Virus record (IMG/VR): IMGVR_UViG_3300002184_000001
Span: 1-5,921 of that record
Source of the DNA: a virus
DNA length: 5,921 nucleotides
Direction: 5' to 3' (one strand)
A model generated the notes under the pieces. That model was given only the letters and a program-made list of their open reading frames with translations, was not told the DNA's origin and made no database searches. Numbering within the stretch: position 1 is the stretch's first letter; each line of letters starts with the position of its first letter. A program made the position numbers and the translations under genes. Below are positions 5,151 to 5,921 of the stretch, piece by piece.

Positions 5151-5438
5151 TCAGACCTTTTTGACGAATACTGATGTTGCTTTCCAGGCAACTCGCGCAG
5201 CAACACAGGCGAGCCAGAAGTTGATACACCAGATGAGGCCGAACGTGTCGAGCGACTTGAAAATGTCGCCAGGCAGACCACCGATGAACCCGTCGACGTA
5301 AACCTTCATTGCACCGAAGACACTACTGAGCGCCGCGTAACTGGCGAGCCCATAGCCGAGTGACGCCAGGGCGCGAACGATGAGGGCTGGCAGGAACCTG
5401 GACAGATAGCCCAGGGCGAGCATGATGAAATAAGGCAT
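5151..5438 (-). CDS. DUF2523-like small membrane protein (g6p analogue), 95 aa
   Basis: Multi-hydrophobic-helix protein containing GGLPGDIF...FGL...INFWLACVAARVA, which matches my memory of the DUF2523 (PF10734) proteins found directly upstream of zot in inoviruses. There is a 3-nt gap to the zot ATG. Confidence 0.7.
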   Translation of the reverse strand: MPYFIMLALGYLSRFLPALIVRALASLGYGLASYAALSSVFGAMKVYVDGFIGGLPGDIFKSLDTFGLIWCINFWLACVAARVAWKATSVFVKKV

Positions 5439-5444
5439 GGTGAG

Positions 5445-5921
5445 TTATCCCAGGACAATGAAGATGCCGACGAACGCGCCAGCGGCCATGATGAGCGGAC
5501 GCAGATTAGCGCCGAGCGAGCACCACCATTGCATGGGAATGGTGACATCACCAATCCAATGCGTGAAGTGAATCACCTTGTTGTCGACGCAAGCGACAGC
5601 AAGCGAGCCCTGCCCTACCGATGGCGTCGTCATCTCAGCCGCGATGGTGTTCAGAGCCTTGTTTGCCTCCAGGGAAGCGCCCGCCTGGTAATTCGTGTCG
5701 CTGGTGTCCTGTTTGAACCAATCGCAAATGGGCTTAATGAGGCTCAGAGCGCACACGGCGTCGGTGATGGAGCCTGTACCCGTGCCGGTACCCGTCCCCG
5801 TGCCTGGAGTCGTTCCAGGCGGTGTTACGGCTGGATTCGCAGGCGGGCTTCCTGGCTCGAAGTAGCACGGATCGCCAACGACGCAAGTGGACGCGCCAGG
5901 ATTCGGCGAGGACTCGGCGAT
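5445..5921 (-). CDS. Adsorption/minor coat protein (g3p analogue), C-terminal part (5848-5921 duplicates 1-74)
   Basis: Same frame as 1-887: ...CYFEPGSPPANPAVTPPGTTPGTGTGTGTGTGSITDAVCALS... The Pro/Thr/Gly linker is followed by a C-terminal domain ending in the hydrophobic anchor LRPLIMAAGAFVGIFIVLG, with stop TAA at 5447-5445. It sits directly upstream of the g6p-like gene and zot, as gene III does in Ff phages. The track lists only 5445-5756, from an internal GTG. Confidence 0.75.
   Translation of the reverse strand: MAESSPNPGASTCVVGDPCYFEPGSPPANPAVTPPGTTPGTGTGTGTGTGSITDAVCALSLIKPICDWFKQDTSDTNYQAGASLEANKALNTIAAEMTTPSVGQGSLAVACVDNKVIHFTHWIGDVTIPMQWWCSLGANLRPLIMAAGAFVGIFIVLG
5848..5921. repeat. 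Right copy of the 74-nt terminal direct repeat (circular-assembly overlap)
   Basis: Identical to 1-74. Lies inside the g3p-like coding sequence, so it is redundancy of one circle rather than an att or LTR-type repeat. Confidence 0.97.

Larger units (their letters stand above)
1..5847 (-). mobile_element. Complete circular filamentous-phage (inovirus-like) genome or replicative form, unit length 5847 bp; most genes on the window minus strand
   Basis: Exact 74-nt terminal redundancy (1-74 = 5848-5921). An ORF closes in frame across the junction. Full inovirus module set is present (Rep, ssDNA-binding protein, coat, g3p-like, g6p-like, Zot) with a divergent repressor. No flanking host genes. 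Confidence 0.85.

Noticed and set aside
4065-5174. 369-aa plus-strand ORF antisense to almost all of zot
   Set aside because: The product is Arg/Leu/Ala/Gly-rich and low in complexity, with no Shine-Dalgarno sequence. It fully overlaps a gene with clear Walker motifs. Long stop-free antisense frames are a common artefact of GC-rich codon bias.
1-5921. CRISPR arrays, tRNA/rRNA genes, IS elements or toxin-antitoxin pairs
   Set aside because: There are no spaced direct repeats, no cloverleaf-like or rRNA-like segments, and no transposase or integrase ORFs. Essentially all sequence is accounted for by the phage genes and the two regulatory regions.

Overview
Bases 1-74 recur exactly at 5848-5921, and a long minus-strand ORF that runs off the left edge continues in frame from the right edge. 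The window is therefore one complete, circularly permuted 5847-bp replicon plus a 74-bp assembly overlap, not a chromosomal fragment. Gene content and order identify a very small filamentous phage (inovirus-like). The minus strand carries one tightly packed operon: two small unknown ORFs, a Rep_trans-type rolling-circle initiator, a gene-V-like ssDNA-binding protein, a small membrane protein, two tandem paralogous major-coat-type proteins, a g3p-like adsorption protein (split by the window edge and absent from the ORF track), a DUF2523/g6p-like protein, a Zot/pI assembly ATPase, and a strong intrinsic terminator. The plus strand carries a single divergently transcribed XRE-type HTH repressor. 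I found no secretin (pIV), integrase, tRNA, rRNA or CRISPR array. Items worth follow-up: the duplicated coat gene; a leftward promoter with two related 16-bp palindromic operators 32 bp apart; a repressor with an apparent transmembrane segment; a dif-like candidate attP inside the 3' end of the repressor gene; GC-rich hairpins in the 5' coding end of rep (possible origin, by analogy with pT181); and a UUCG-tetraloop attenuator between the coat genes and g3p. All family assignments come from motif recognition by eye, not database searches. Host is unknown; the GC content (estimated by eye at about 55-60%) and module layout resemble Xanthomonas, Stenotrophomonas and Ralstonia filamentous phages, which is inference only.
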